Below are positions 1 to 9,242 of a stretch of 64,000 nt of DNA, in pieces. Numbering within the stretch: position 1 is the first letter of the stretch; every line of letters begins with the position of its first letter. The position numbers were made by a program, and so were the translations under genes. The stretch comes from a virus (Duplodnaviria > Caudoviricetes). The notes below the pieces were generated by a model. The model had not been told where the DNA came from, ran no database searches, and saw nothing but the letters and a program-made list of their open reading frames with translations. Location: the IMG/VR virus record IMGVR_UViG_2918987250_000001, positions 1-64,000 of that record; one strand, given 5' to 3'.

Positions 1-20
1 GGCCGGGCAGGCATACGGGC

Positions 21-92
21 TTGGCGGAAAGGCGGACGGACGACATGGCGGCTTGGCTCCTTGGTGACTTAGCGGATTGCGGGATTGGCGTA
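21..92. repeat. Phased octamer array A (9 units, consensus WWGGCGSN)
   Basis: ttggcgga/aaggcgga/cggacgac/atggcggc/ttggctcc/ttggtgac/ttagcgga/ttgcggga/ttggcgta in exact 8-bp register. Confidence 0.75.
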
Positions 93-416
93 GACGAGAC
101 CGGGCACGACCCGGCCGTCTGGTCCGAATGCCTCCCAGATCCGGGTGCAGCTCTCGGGCTTGTGGCGCATCATGCGCTTGGTGAGTTCGAAGACGGCCGC
201 CTGCACCTCGGGCCGGACGATCTCAGCCTGGGTGACACCCAGCACCCGGATCGCTTCGCGCTCGACCCGGTAGTTCACTTCCATCCCGAGGCAGGCGACC
301 GTGGTCCGGGTCGCCGCCGTGATGACGGCTGCGGTGATCGCGGCGTCGTCGAGGGGAGGGTGCGGCACCGGGGCGCCGAGGAGGAGGGGAAGTAAGGCTT
401 GGCGCATTGGCGTCAT
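69..416 (-). CDS. Hypothetical phage protein
   Basis: 115-aa ORF with GGAG RBS, co-oriented with neighbours. Confidence 0.65.
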   Translation of the reverse strand: MTPMRQALLPLLLGAPVPHPPLDDAAITAAVITAATRTTVACLGMEVNYRVEREAIRVLGVTQAEIVRPEVQAAVFELTKRMMRHKPESCTRIWEAFGPDGRVVPGLVYANPAIR

Positions 417-446
417 GGCTCCTTGGCGCTAAGTCGGATTGGCGGA
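399..446. repeat. Phased octamer array B
   Basis: ttggcgca/ttggcgtc/atggctcc/ttggcgct/aagtcgga/ttggcgga. Confidence 0.75.
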
Positions 447-869
447 AGAGCTCCGCCGCTTGGCGATGGCCTCGCTTATGATCCGATCGACCACACCCCG
501 GAAGCGCTTCTCCTCGCGCACGTCGCGGAGCCGAGCCTGCTTCTCCCAGGGCTTCAGGTCGATGACGCGCTTGCCGACGTGCTGCGGCTGGTAGTGGTGC
601 CGCTCAAACGCCTTGTCGCAGAGCGTCAGGATGTTCCGAATGCGGACGATCCACGCCTGGCTGTCCTGCCAGTTCTGACGGATGCACTCGCCGAGGCCGA
701 GCTCGTTGGCGTCGGCGCGGGCCATCTCAGCGGCCTCCTTCTCCTTATGACCCTTCTCGGTGTCGTAGTGATGGAGCGACGCCGCGGTCAGGATGCTCTT
801 GAGGTCGCGAACGTGGATGCCGGACAGCGTGGCGCTACCGTCCGGGTGGATCTTGAGGCGCGGGTTCAT
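429..869 (-). CDS. Hypothetical phage protein
   Basis: 146-aa ORF, high GC3 codon pattern, RBS. Confidence 0.75.
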   Translation of the reverse strand: MNPRLKIHPDGSATLSGIHVRDLKSILTAASLHHYDTEKGHKEKEAAEMARADANELGLGECIRQNWQDSQAWIVRIRNILTLCDKAFERHHYQPQHVGKRVIDLKPWEKQARLRDVREEKRFRGVVDRIISEAIAKRRSSSANPT

Positions 870-923
870 GGCGTCACCGCTCCTTGGCGCTAAGCCGCTA
901 AGGCTGGCTGGCGGATTGGCGCC
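868..923. repeat. Phased octamer array C
   Basis: atggcgtc/accgctcc/ttggcgct/aagccgct/aaggctgg/ctggcgga/ttggcgcc. Confidence 0.7.
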
Positions 924-1210
924 ACGCAGAGGAAATCCCGAAGCACCTTCAGCTCGTTCAGGTCCTCGACCGCGTTGCGATACTCGTGGGCGCGCTTGCC
1001 GGTGCGGTAGCGGTAGAGCTTCGCCACCCGCTTCTGGGCGGCCGGCATGACCTCCTCGTCGAGGTAGCCGAGGCAGGCGGCGCGATGGGTCTCGTCCACC
1101 GGGCGGCCGTCACCCTGATGGAAGCTGTAGAAGCAAGCTCCCGGATCGCCGGCGCTCATGAACGAGCCCCACTGAGATGCGATGTTGTAGGCGGCCGACG
1201 GCGCGAGCAT
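890..1210 (-). CDS. Hypothetical phage protein (ends ALAA)
   Basis: ATG at 1210 preceded by AGGAG. Confidence 0.75.
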   Translation of the reverse strand: MLAPSAAYNIASQWGSFMSAGDPGACFYSFHQGDGRPVDETHRAACLGYLDEEVMPAAQKRVAKLYRYRTGKRAHEYRNAVEDLNELKVLRDFLCVAPIRQPALAA

Positions 1211-1224
1211 GGGGATAGGTCTCC

Positions 1225-1296
1225 TTTGCGGAATGGTGGAAGGAAGGGTTGGCGCCAAGTCACCTTGGCGCCTTGGAGGATTGTCGCTTAGGCAAC
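1225..1296. repeat. Phased octamer array D
   Basis: ...ttggcgcc/aagtcacc/ttggcgcc/ttggagga/ttgtcgct/taggcaac. Confidence 0.7.
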
Positions 1297-2100
1297 CTCT
1301 TCCTCGACCGGAGCGGTCGCCGGGTTCAGCAGACCCTTGAGGGCCTCGGCGAGCAGGCTGTCCGCGTTGAGCGTCAGCTTGTTGCCGTCGCGCGCCGCGA
1401 TCTTGAGCGCGGGGAAGAGCGCCATGATCTGACCGACCTGGCTGCGCGCGGTGCCCTCGGAGTAGGTCGAGGCGCCGTTCTTGAGGTTGGTGGAGCGCAG
1501 CGCCGCGACCAGGTCGAGGCTGGTGATCTCGCCGCCCTTCGCCACCAGGAACCGGAAGCAGTCCATGATGTAGGTCGAGGGCGCCTTGCCCTGGTGGATC
1601 GAGGTGAGGATGTTGTCGAACTTCTCCTTCACCTTCTTCTGCGCGGGGCAGGCGCGCAGCACGGCGATCTTGTTCGCCTCGAGGTCGTCGGGGATGTCGC
1701 TGGTGAGCACGAAGGCATCGACCGGCAGGGACTCGACGCTGATGCGCGCGGTCCGCTCCTTCTTCGGGGTGGCTGCCGCCTTCTTCTTCGCGGGCGCGGC
1801 CGGGGCGACGGCCTCGGGGTCCAGCTCGGTCTCGGTGGCTTCCGCCGAGCCGTAGATCTCGTCGCGGGTCTCCTGGAGATCCATCTCAGCCTCGATGGCG
1901 TTCACGGTCGCCTCGTCGAGGATGGTGTCGTCAGTGGCCTCAAGCTCGAGGGTCTCCTCGATCGGCTCTTCGACGATGGTCTCCTCGACATCGGAGACGG
2001 GTTGCGTGGCGACGATCTCGTCGTCGGGGATTTCGAGGCCGCCGAGCAGGGCGTCGAGTTCGGCGGCTTCGTTCGCGGCAATGCTGGTGTTGGCGTCCAC
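1288..2100 (-). CDS. Phage protein with acidic N-terminus and possible winged-helix C-terminus
   Basis: 270 aa, E/D-rich first 100 aa; lies downstream of the promoter motif at 2160. Confidence 0.8.
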   Translation of the reverse strand: MDANTSIAANEAAELDALLGGLEIPDDEIVATQPVSDVEETIVEEPIEETLELEATDDTILDEATVNAIEAEMDLQETRDEIYGSAEATETELDPEAVAPAAPAKKKAAATPKKERTARISVESLPVDAFVLTSDIPDDLEANKIAVLRACPAQKKVKEKFDNILTSIHQGKAPSTYIMDCFRFLVAKGGEITSLDLVAALRSTNLKNGASTYSEGTARSQVGQIMALFPALKIAARDGNKLTLNADSLLAEALKGLLNPATAPVEEEVA

Positions 2101-2159
2101 TTGAGTTCTCCTAGCTGGTGTCTGGTGTGTCGTTGCTCTCTCGCTTTCGACACTGTGTT

Positions 2160-2181
2160 TATAGCTGCGAGAACTCGGGTT
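2160..2181 (-). promoter_or_regulatory. Promoter-like motif AACCCG-N10-GCTATA
   Basis: Minus strand AACCCG AGTTCTCGCA GCTATA. Confidence 0.75.
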
Positions 2182-2205
2182 AACTACAGCAGCCTCTAGG
2201 AAGAC

Positions 2206-2472
2206 TTAGGAGGCTGACGGCTCTTCAGTCTCGGGCACGTTGGCGACCGACATTGCAGTGGGCGGGAAGCCGCCGACGGTGGACATGACGAGGTTGTGGC
2301 CGGCGGCGATGGCTGCGCGCTCCTCGTCGGTGAAGGTCCAGACGGTCGCGAAGGTGCCGCGCTCCTTGTCCCGCAGCCCGTAGATCGTCAGGCAGAGGCC
2401 GTTCTTCGCGGCGTCCCAGTCGGCCGGCGGCTTCAAGCGGACATTCGCGCCGTCGAAGTGGATGGTGCGCAT
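2206..2472 (-). CDS. Hypothetical phage protein
   Basis: MRTIHFDG... with GGAGAG RBS. Confidence 0.7.
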   Translation of the reverse strand: MRTIHFDGANVRLKPPADWDAAKNGLCLTIYGLRDKERGTFATVWTFTDEERAAIAAGHNLVMSTVGGFPPTAMSVANVPETEEPSAS

Positions 2473-2487
2473 CAGGCTCTCCATGAA

Positions 2488-2551
2488 AAGGCGCCAATCC
2501 CGCTTGGAGATTTGGCGCTAAGGTGACTTGTCGGATTGGCGGAATGGCTAG
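2488..2551. repeat. Phased octamer array E
   Basis: aaggcgcc/aatcccgc/ttggagat/ttggcgct/aaggtgac/ttgtcgga/ttggcgga/atggctag. Confidence 0.75.
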
Positions 2552-2808
2552 TGGAGCGTCTCGGGGCTCGCCCAGACCTGCGCCCGACCCTTGCGGGTGA
2601 GGACGATGTCGCCGCTCTTGCGGAGACGCTGGATCAGCCGGTCGGCGAGGCGGTGCGGCACCATCCGGTTGGTGTCGGTGATGTTGTGCCGGAGCAGCTC
2701 GCGGGTCGCGGCCGCCTCGAGCTGACAGGCGACGAAGGCGTGCGTCTTCGTCCAGTCGATGAGGGCATCGACGACGGCGTCGGGAATCTCGGTGTCGAGC
2801 ACGTTCAT
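2548..2808 (-). CDS. Hypothetical protein
   Basis: 86-aa ORF in operon. Confidence 0.7.
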   Translation of the reverse strand: MNVLDTEIPDAVVDALIDWTKTHAFVACQLEAAATRELLRHNITDTNRMVPHRLADRLIQRLRKSGDIVLTRKGRAQVWASPETLH

Positions 2809-2862
2809 GGCTGCTTGGCTCTTTGGCGCTATGGCGGATTGGAGGGGAGGCGCCTTAGCGAC
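2807..2862. repeat. Phased octamer array F
   Basis: atggctgc/ttggctct/ttggcgct/atggcgga/ttggaggg/gaggcgcc/ttagcgac. Confidence 0.75.
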
Positions 2863-3043
2863 CGGCGCTGGCGATAGCCTCGACGAAGATGCCGAGGGCG
2901 AAGGCGTTGACCGCCGAGTAGGCGAAGGTGCCGGCGAGGAAGATCCCGATCAGCACCTCGAACCACTTCCGCTGCGAGGCGGACGCGACCGTCGAGAGAC
3001 AGGCGGCGAGGGTGAGCACGAGCCACCCGAGACAAGAGGCCAT
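2855..3043 (-). CDS. Small two-TM membrane protein
   Basis: Hydrophobic ORF, TGATG-coupled to upstream gene. Confidence 0.6.
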   Translation of the reverse strand: MASCLGWLVLTLAACLSTVASASQRKWFEVLIGIFLAGTFAYSAVNAFALGIFVEAIASAGR

Positions 3044-3249
3044 CACCGGCGAAGCTCCAGACATTCGAGGCCGCGGCACAGCGCGACGATGGCTACGACG
3101 AAGGCAGCGAAGCCCGTGACGATGAGGAAGATCTCGAAGAGGTTCGCGTCGCGATCCCCACGGAGCCAGGTCGCGAGCGCTGCGAGCAGGCCGGCGACGA
3201 TCCAGGCCACGCCCGAGAGCGTCAGGTTGATGCGGGCGAGCCGGTTCAT
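3043..3249 (-). CDS. Small two-TM membrane protein
   Basis: MNRLARINL..., ATGA overlap with upstream gene. Confidence 0.6.
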   Translation of the reverse strand: MNRLARINLTLSGVAWIVAGLLAALATWLRGDRDANLFEIFLIVTGFAAFVVAIVALCRGLECLELRR

Positions 3250-3569
3250 GCGACCACCCGCAGGTAGCTCGGCAGCGCGCGCTTGGCCTTCGGTGCGGGC
3301 GCGCAGCGAACCATCCCGTTCGGCACCTGGCCGGCGAGCTGGTTCTCGGGGCACTCGGGGTGCGGCGCGGCGGCGAGCAGCTTGTGGGGCTCGTAGCGCA
3401 GGCCGAAGGCGCCGACCTTGAAGCCGAACTCCATGACCGCGACGTTCCCGTCGGCCGGCTTGAAGACGTGGACCATGCGCAGCCCGGCGCCGAGCGGTGC
3501 GGAGGAGGGGAGGGGCTCTTCCTTCGCCTTGAACTGCTCGAGGGTCTGGTTGTCGTTGACGCCGATCAC
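3246..3569 (-). CDS. Hypothetical protein
   Basis: 107 aa, GTGA overlap, GGAGG RBS. Confidence 0.7.
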   Translation of the reverse strand: MIGVNDNQTLEQFKAKEEPLPSSAPLGAGLRMVHVFKPADGNVAVMEFGFKVGAFGLRYEPHKLLAAAPHPECPENQLAGQVPNGMVRCAPAPKAKRALPSYLRVVA

Positions 3570-3907
3570 TGTCCTTCCTCCACAACCTGCTGAGTCAGCG
3601 CTGACTTATCGGGCCGGCCAGCCTTCTTCCGCAGCAGCCCGAGCACGCCGAGGGTGACGAAGTAGAGGCGGCAGACGAACCAGAGCACGATGCCGATGAG
3701 GAGGTAGGCGATCGACATCAGGACCGCGCAAACCGGCCAGCCGGCGAGCGTCAGCAGCGAGGTCGGGGCACGCCACACGCCGCGCTCGAGGCCGAGGAGC
3801 AGCGAGTCGAGGTAGCGCGGGTTCCGGCCGGGCTCGAGGTCGGAGAAGTCGGTGAAGGGGTTGGGCTTAGGCAGCGAGCGCAAGAGCGGTCTCCTCGGGA
3901 AGATCAC
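3566..3907 (-). CDS. Putative membrane protein
   Basis: 113 aa with a long hydrophobic stretch. Confidence 0.55.
   Translation of the reverse strand: MIFPRRPLLRSLPKPNPFTDFSDLEPGRNPRYLDSLLLGLERGVWRAPTSLLTLAGWPVCAVLMSIAYLLIGIVLWFVCRLYFVTLGVLGLLRKKAGRPDKSALTQQVVEEGQ
3591..3608. promoter_or_regulatory. 18-bp palindromic site
   Basis: TGAGTCAGCGCTGACTTA. Confidence 0.8.
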
Positions 3908-4436
3908 GGAAGGCGCCCCAGCGGCGCGCGTTGAAGAAGGCCCGCATCATCACGTCCACGTCGTATTCGGCGCGGTGAGCGAGCGCGGGGTCGTATTCGA
4001 TGCCGAGCGCCGAGCAGAACACCCGGAGGTTCGGGACGGCGCCGTTCGGCGTGGTGCCGCGGCCGTGGAGCATCGTGTCCACGAGCGGCTTCGTCAGCTC
4101 GGGAAGGCGCACGCGGCGCAGCTCGTAGTTCACGAAGGGCAGGTCGAAGCCCGCGCCGTTGTGCGCGACGGTGAAGGTCGCGGCCTCGAGGCGCTTGTGA
4201 GCCTCCGGCGCCACCTCCTCCCAGGTCGGGCAGCCCTCGACATCCTTCGGGCCGATGCCGTGGATGCGCTGCACGTCGGCCGGGATCGAGCGCTGCGGGT
4301 CGATCTTGGTGACGTAGCTGTCCACGAGCTTCTCGGTGAGGAGGTCGTAGGTGAGGATCGCGATCTCGACGAAGCGGTGATCGCCATACTGGAGACCCGT
4401 CGTCTCGGTGTCCCAACCGGCTACCAGGATGCTCAT
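3867..4436 (-). CDS. DEDDh 3'-5' exonuclease (DnaQ/epsilon-like)
   Basis: WDTETTG, VAHNGAGFD, HRAEYD motifs; start reassigned to ATG 4436. Confidence 0.92.
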   Translation of the reverse strand: MSILVAGWDTETTGLQYGDHRFVEIAILTYDLLTEKLVDSYVTKIDPQRSIPADVQRIHGIGPKDVEGCPTWEEVAPEAHKRLEAATFTVAHNGAGFDLPFVNYELRRVRLPELTKPLVDTMLHGRGTTPNGAVPNLRVFCSALGIEYDPALAHRAEYDVDVMMRAFFNARRWGAFRDLPEETALALAA

Positions 4437-4696
4437 GCCGCGACGGGCTCCTTGATCTGCTTGCCGTCCTCGAAGCGACCGATGACCTCGGAGTCGCCGG
4501 TGCCCCAGTTGGCTCCGTTGAGGCACTCCTCGATGAGCATCGCCTTCGTGAGGTTCGGCTTCACGCTGATCTTGATGACCTCGACGACGCCCTTGCACGA
4601 CTTCGACGCCTCGCGGGCCTCGTAGAAGGCGTTCATCTTGAGTGCCCGGTAGCGCAGCGGTGCGCCGGGCGCGGGGCGGTATGCGAAAATCCTCAC
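4433..4696 (-). CDS. Hypothetical protein
   Basis: GTG start overlapping upstream stop; ends VAA. Confidence 0.6.
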   Translation of the reverse strand: MRIFAYRPAPGAPLRYRALKMNAFYEAREASKSCKGVVEVIKISVKPNLTKAMLIEECLNGANWGTGDSEVIGRFEDGKQIKEPVAA

Positions 4697-5085
4697 TGGG
4701 GTGCGTGCTCCTTCAGCTCTTGGCGCGCGCCGTAGAGGATCGCGCTGGTGTCGGGGTCCACGAGACCGTGGGTGGTGTCGAAGAGGGCGTCGATCACGAG
4801 CCACAGCTCGCGCTCGGTGATGATGTGGCAGGCGTGCTTGTGGACCGCGTCCTGCACCGCCTGCATCGCCTTGCGGGCGATCTCCTCCTTCATCGTCGCC
4901 CACTCGCTCTGGGGCTCGCGCTTTGGAGGATTGGCGCCAAGGCTGCTTGGCGCTTTGGCTGGTTGGCGGAATTTCTCGCCGAGCTGCTTGAGCAGGGCGA
5001 CTGCCGGATGACCGGGTCGGAGCTTGTTGACGGCCAGCGCGCCGGCTTGGGCGGCTTGCGCGTAGCGCTCGCGGGTGTCGCTCAT
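4693..5085 (-). CDS. Hypothetical protein
   Basis: 130 aa, directly downstream of promoter at 5123. Confidence 0.7.
   Translation of the reverse strand: MSDTRERYAQAAQAGALAVNKLRPGHPAVALLKQLGEKFRQPAKAPSSLGANPPKREPQSEWATMKEEIARKAMQAVQDAVHKHACHIITERELWLVIDALFDTTHGLVDPDTSAILYGARQELKEHAPQ
4923..4970. repeat. Phased octamer array G (intragenic)
   Basis: ttggagga/ttggcgcc/aaggctgc/ttggcgct/ttggctgg/ttggcgga. Confidence 0.75.
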
Positions 5086-5122
5086 TCTGTGTGCCTCTCG
5101 CTGTGACGCTGCGCAGTCTCGT

Positions 5123-5144
5123 TATAGCTGCGCAGCGTCGGGTT
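5123..5144 (-). promoter_or_regulatory. Promoter-like motif AACCCG-N10-GCTATA
   Basis: Exact match. Confidence 0.75.
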
Positions 5145-5147
5145 GTC

Positions 5148-5165
5148 TAAGTCAGTGCTGACTTA
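5148..5165. promoter_or_regulatory. 18-bp palindromic site
   Basis: TAAGTCAGTGCTGACTTA. Confidence 0.85.
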
Positions 5166-5166
5166 C

Positions 5167-6843
5167 CTAGACGGCCTTGAGATTGCCGAGCGCGATGTGA
5201 CGAGCCAGGCTCTTGCGGCACATCTTAAGGGCCTTGTCGATCTGGCGCAGCGTGGCGCCGGCGTTGAGCATCTCCTGCGCCTTGTTGAGCTTGGCGCGAT
5301 ACTCGTCGGTGATCGTGGCGACCGGCGCTTCCGCCTTGCGGCCTTCCTTGATGCGCGGCGCGGCGGCGACGGTCGCCTTCTGCTTGGCAGGGGAGGGGGT
5401 TGCCGTCACGACAGCCGGGGCGTCGGCCGGGGCCTTCTTCACCAGCTCCTTGATGAGCGTGTTCGGAATGCCGAGCGTGCCGTAGGCCGGGCACTTCACC
5501 CGCACCCGCGAGGCGCGACCGTCGTTCGAGACCCGGTCCACCTCGTAGAGGCCGTCCGTGATCTTCTCCGAGCCGACGACGCGCACCAAGTCGCCCGGAC
5601 GGGCGAGCTGCCAGGGCTCGGTGCCTTCCGGCTCCGGCTCGACCGCGGGGGAGGGCGGTGCGACGACCGTCAGACGCCCAACCGAGACCCAGGCGCCGTT
5701 CACGAACGCGGTGCCGCCGTCCACCGACTTCACCGGCACGGGCTTGCCGGCGCCGTCGATCTTCACCATCGCGCCCGCGACCAGCTCGGGCACCGGCACC
5801 GTGCCGGTCTCCTGGACCGCGTCCACGACCTTGCGCGCGTCCTTGATCGCCTTCTTGACCGCCTTCGGGTCGATCGGCTTGGGCTTGCCCTTGATCGGAC
5901 GCACCTTGCCGCGCTTGGCCGTCACCTCGACCTTCTCCAGCACCTTGACGGTGTGCTCGCCCTGCTTGCCGACGAGGACCTCCTCGATCACGCCGATATG
6001 CTGGCCGGCGACGATCTCGGCGACGATCCCCTTGGTGCCCTTCGCCGACAGCGCCGAGCTCTTGGCCGACACCGCCTTGTGCGCGTCTTCGTCGAGCGCC
6101 GCGACGATGTGGTAGGCGAGCACGCGCATCTTGGACGACTCGTGATGCGGGATCGCGACCACGTCCTCGGGCCGCACCTTCACGAGCAGGATGCGGTTGC
6201 CATACTGGCCGTAATCCTTGGCGCAGACGTGCAGGCCGACGCCGCAGCTCGCGCGGCTATCCTGGTAGTCCTTCACGTCCATGTAGACCCGCGAACCGAT
6301 GCGCTGGCGCACCTTCCCGGTGTGGTGATCGACGTAGTAGCCCTCGTCCGCCGCGGCATCGAGGAACTTGTAGAGCACGAGGCAGCCGTCGTCGGCGAGC
6401 GGCAGATCGACCTTCTCCATGAACCGCAGCACCTCCTGGGCCGTGTCCTTGTGATCGACCTTGGCGAAGCGCTCGAGGAACGCAGCGAGGCCGGGCGAAC
6501 CCTCGTAGGCTGCGCGCTCGATGTGGACGGCGAGCGTCTGGGCGTTCTCCAGGCGAGCCCCGGCCGCGGTCGTCAGCGCCATCTTTGAGACGCCGTCCTC
6601 GACCTTCTCCTCGACCTTCATCGCGCCGCCGGTGGCCGCCTCGACCACCTTGGCGAGATTGAACTCCTCGAGATCCACCTCGATCGGCTCGCCGCCGGCC
6701 TGCGCCAGCGGCAGCAGCACCGCCTTGAGCAGATCGCCCGTGCGCCAGGAATCCTGGCCGTAGACCGCGCTCTGCCCGGTCGGGAAGAACAGGGTGATCC
6801 CGTTCTTCGACGCAATCGCGCCGGAAACCTTCGTCATGACCAT
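5167..6843 (-). CDS. rIIB: rIIB-like protein
   Basis: DGCLVLYK...D.HTGKV...CGVGLHVC...LVKVRPEDVVAIP signature; follows rIIA. Confidence 0.85.
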   Translation of the reverse strand: MVMTKVSGAIASKNGITLFFPTGQSAVYGQDSWRTGDLLKAVLLPLAQAGGEPIEVDLEEFNLAKVVEAATGGAMKVEEKVEDGVSKMALTTAAGARLENAQTLAVHIERAAYEGSPGLAAFLERFAKVDHKDTAQEVLRFMEKVDLPLADDGCLVLYKFLDAAADEGYYVDHHTGKVRQRIGSRVYMDVKDYQDSRASCGVGLHVCAKDYGQYGNRILLVKVRPEDVVAIPHHESSKMRVLAYHIVAALDEDAHKAVSAKSSALSAKGTKGIVAEIVAGQHIGVIEEVLVGKQGEHTVKVLEKVEVTAKRGKVRPIKGKPKPIDPKAVKKAIKDARKVVDAVQETGTVPVPELVAGAMVKIDGAGKPVPVKSVDGGTAFVNGAWVSVGRLTVVAPPSPAVEPEPEGTEPWQLARPGDLVRVVGSEKITDGLYEVDRVSNDGRASRVRVKCPAYGTLGIPNTLIKELVKKAPADAPAVVTATPSPAKQKATVAAAPRIKEGRKAEAPVATITDEYRAKLNKAQEMLNAGATLRQIDKALKMCRKSLARHIALGNLKAV

Positions 6844-9242
6844 TACTTAGCACCCTCCTTGATGCGGGCAGCGTGGCGCTTGGCCAGCTCCTCGGTGATG
6901 TGGATGAAGTCGTCGAGGTGGCTGCCGTGAAGCCCGTCCGGGTTCACGTTCAGGCTCGACAGGAGCTCGAGGTGATCGGTGCGAAGCCACCACTCGACCT
7001 CGCCGCCGGTGCGGGCCTCGAACGGCATCGCCAGCTCGCGGTATTCCTCGTAGAGGCGCTTCATCAGCTCGGCCTCGGTCTCGTCGATGTGCTGGGTCGA
7101 GACGTAGCGGCTGTAGAAAATGAGCTGAGCGAGGAGCCAGAGGTTGTAAGCCTCGTCGCGATCCGCGCTCGCCTTGTAGGGTTCACGCACCGCAGCGTGC
7201 GCGATCCGCCGGCCGGCCCGCAGCGACTTGCAGGCGAAGTCGTTCAAGCGCCCCGACGAGTGCGACACCGCCCTGAGAGCCATCTTGGCGTAGAAGCTCT
7301 CGTAGGGCTTCGGCCGCTTGGTGCGCGCCTTCAGCCGCTCGAGGACGATCTCCTCGATCCGCTTCGTTCCCTGACCCAGGTGCCAGTCCAGCGAGTCCCG
7401 CTTGGTCACGATCGCGCAGCGACCGATGAGCTGGCCGACGAGACGGGTGCCGAGCCAGGGGTGGATCTGGGCGTAGCTGACATAGGCCGGCTGGTAATCA
7501 ACCGTCGTGCCCTTCGCCGTGTAGATCGCGACCGGCGTGTAGAACTTGTCCGAGCGATGCACCCTCAGCACGTCGCAGCGCGGGTAGGTTGCCGTCTGCC
7601 GCTCCGAGCCGCCGCCGAGTGAGAAGCGCAGCGGGAACTCGGGCGTCGGAGGACCGAACTGCTCCGGCACCTTGACCCGCGGCTCCCGCTTGACCTTGGG
7701 CGGCGCCTGGAACTCGAGGATCTCGATCTTGTAGCGCTCGGCCCGCTTCTTCAGCGCCGCAATCTCGGCCGGGTCGATCTTGGCCGTGGAGAGCGCAAAG
7801 CCGTTGGTGAGGTCGTCGGCGATGACCTTCTGCGTCGGCCCGAGCGCGATCCGCGCCGACCAGGTGCGCTTGGCGTAGTTCATGAAGGCGTCGGGCGTCT
7901 TCATGGACTTCAGCTTCGACGTGCTGTGCTCGCGGGTGAGCAGCAGGCCGGCGAGCGGGCCAGCGACGCGCAGGACGCGCTTGCGCAGGCGGTGGTAGCG
8001 CTCGGCCTGGAGATCGCACGTCAGAGAGCTGCCGCGCCCATAGTGGTTGCGCGGATCGCCCGTGAGGCACCACAGAAGCGAACGCCGGTTTTCGGGAAAG
8101 CGCTTGGCCGCCTTCAGGACGAACTCGCGCCGGCTATAGGTGCCCTCGCGGATCGAGCGCCGGGCCATGCTGAGCGCGATGGCTTCGGGGCCGACGAAAT
8201 CCTCCTCGGTGGACCCGACGCGCCAGCGCGTCGCCTCGTGCAGATGCAGGGTGTCGCGGGTGAGCGTGTCCATCAGCTCGCCGAGCGCAATGTCCCGCTT
8301 GCCCGAAAGCGCCGCCCGGATCTGGTCGATGGCGCCGTTGAGGAGCTTGAGGATCACGGCGACGGTCTCGTCGTCGTAGGACAGGCTCTCACGGGACGGC
8401 GTGACACCGACGGTCGAGGGCTGGGCGTAGACGATGATCGGCGCGTGCGACTTGGAACCGCCGCAGAGCTCCGTGAGCTTCTGAATCGCCGGGTAGAGGG
8501 TCGGGTTGGTGTCGATCGGGTAGACGACGTTGGCGTAGAGCAGTCGCAGGCGGTTGTGGCTGGGGTTCACGATCGACCCGAAGACGCCGAAGCCGACCTC
8601 CTTGAGCTGCGTGAAGTCGGGCGCCTCGATCAGCGTGCCGTTGAGGCGCACCTTCATGCCGCCCTCGCGCGCGATCTCCTTGATGCAGCGCTCCATCTTC
8701 GAGCGCATCCCCGGCGCCAGCGGGATCGACACGCGAAGCCCGCGCTCGTCGGTCGGCATCTTCATCATGCGCTTGGCCGACGGGCAGTCGTCCTCCTCGG
8801 GGTCGGAGGCGACCATCGCGTAGAAGGATTTGGTGCCGGCGTGGCAGCTCGTGACGGTGAAGTGGTCGGTGATCGAGAACGGCGCCTTGCAGCCGAGACC
8901 GAAGCCGCCGGTGACGCGCTTGTCCTTGGCCTTCTGCGACCCGAACACCGTGAGGTAGATGTCGTCGATCTTGTCGTGCGGGATGCCGTTGCCGGAATCG
9001 GCGACGAGCATCTCGTCCTCGGTGAGCGTCACATCGACGGGCTCGTCGGGGAGCCCGGCCTCGATGTTCGCGTCGATGGCGTTGCAGATGACCTCGCGGG
9101 CGGTCGCACGCTCCTTGTCGCGGTAGAGCGTGTCGGACATGATCTTGAAGGCTTGAGCGTTGGCCGCAAATTTGAAGCGGGAAGCTTTCTCGCCTCCGAT
9201 CGCGACAAATGTGTCGCTTTCGGTGGTATGTGTGACCTGCAT
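6843..9242 (-). CDS. rIIA: rIIA-like protein (N-terminal GHKL ATPase)
   Basis: AFKIMSDTLY...REVICNAIDA, DSGNG, GGFGLGCKAPF. Confidence 0.88.
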   Translation of the reverse strand: MQVTHTTESDTFVAIGGEKASRFKFAANAQAFKIMSDTLYRDKERATAREVICNAIDANIEAGLPDEPVDVTLTEDEMLVADSGNGIPHDKIDDIYLTVFGSQKAKDKRVTGGFGLGCKAPFSITDHFTVTSCHAGTKSFYAMVASDPEEDDCPSAKRMMKMPTDERGLRVSIPLAPGMRSKMERCIKEIAREGGMKVRLNGTLIEAPDFTQLKEVGFGVFGSIVNPSHNRLRLLYANVVYPIDTNPTLYPAIQKLTELCGGSKSHAPIIVYAQPSTVGVTPSRESLSYDDETVAVILKLLNGAIDQIRAALSGKRDIALGELMDTLTRDTLHLHEATRWRVGSTEEDFVGPEAIALSMARRSIREGTYSRREFVLKAAKRFPENRRSLLWCLTGDPRNHYGRGSSLTCDLQAERYHRLRKRVLRVAGPLAGLLLTREHSTSKLKSMKTPDAFMNYAKRTWSARIALGPTQKVIADDLTNGFALSTAKIDPAEIAALKKRAERYKIEILEFQAPPKVKREPRVKVPEQFGPPTPEFPLRFSLGGGSERQTATYPRCDVLRVHRSDKFYTPVAIYTAKGTTVDYQPAYVSYAQIHPWLGTRLVGQLIGRCAIVTKRDSLDWHLGQGTKRIEEIVLERLKARTKRPKPYESFYAKMALRAVSHSSGRLNDFACKSLRAGRRIAHAAVREPYKASADRDEAYNLWLLAQLIFYSRYVSTQHIDETEAELMKRLYEEYRELAMPFEARTGGEVEWWLRTDHLELLSSLNVNPDGLHGSHLDDFIHITEELAKRHAARIKEGAK

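Noticed and set aside
21-2862. Repeats as a CRISPR array
   Set aside because: Units are 8-bp degenerate tandems without unique spacers, and there are no cas genes.
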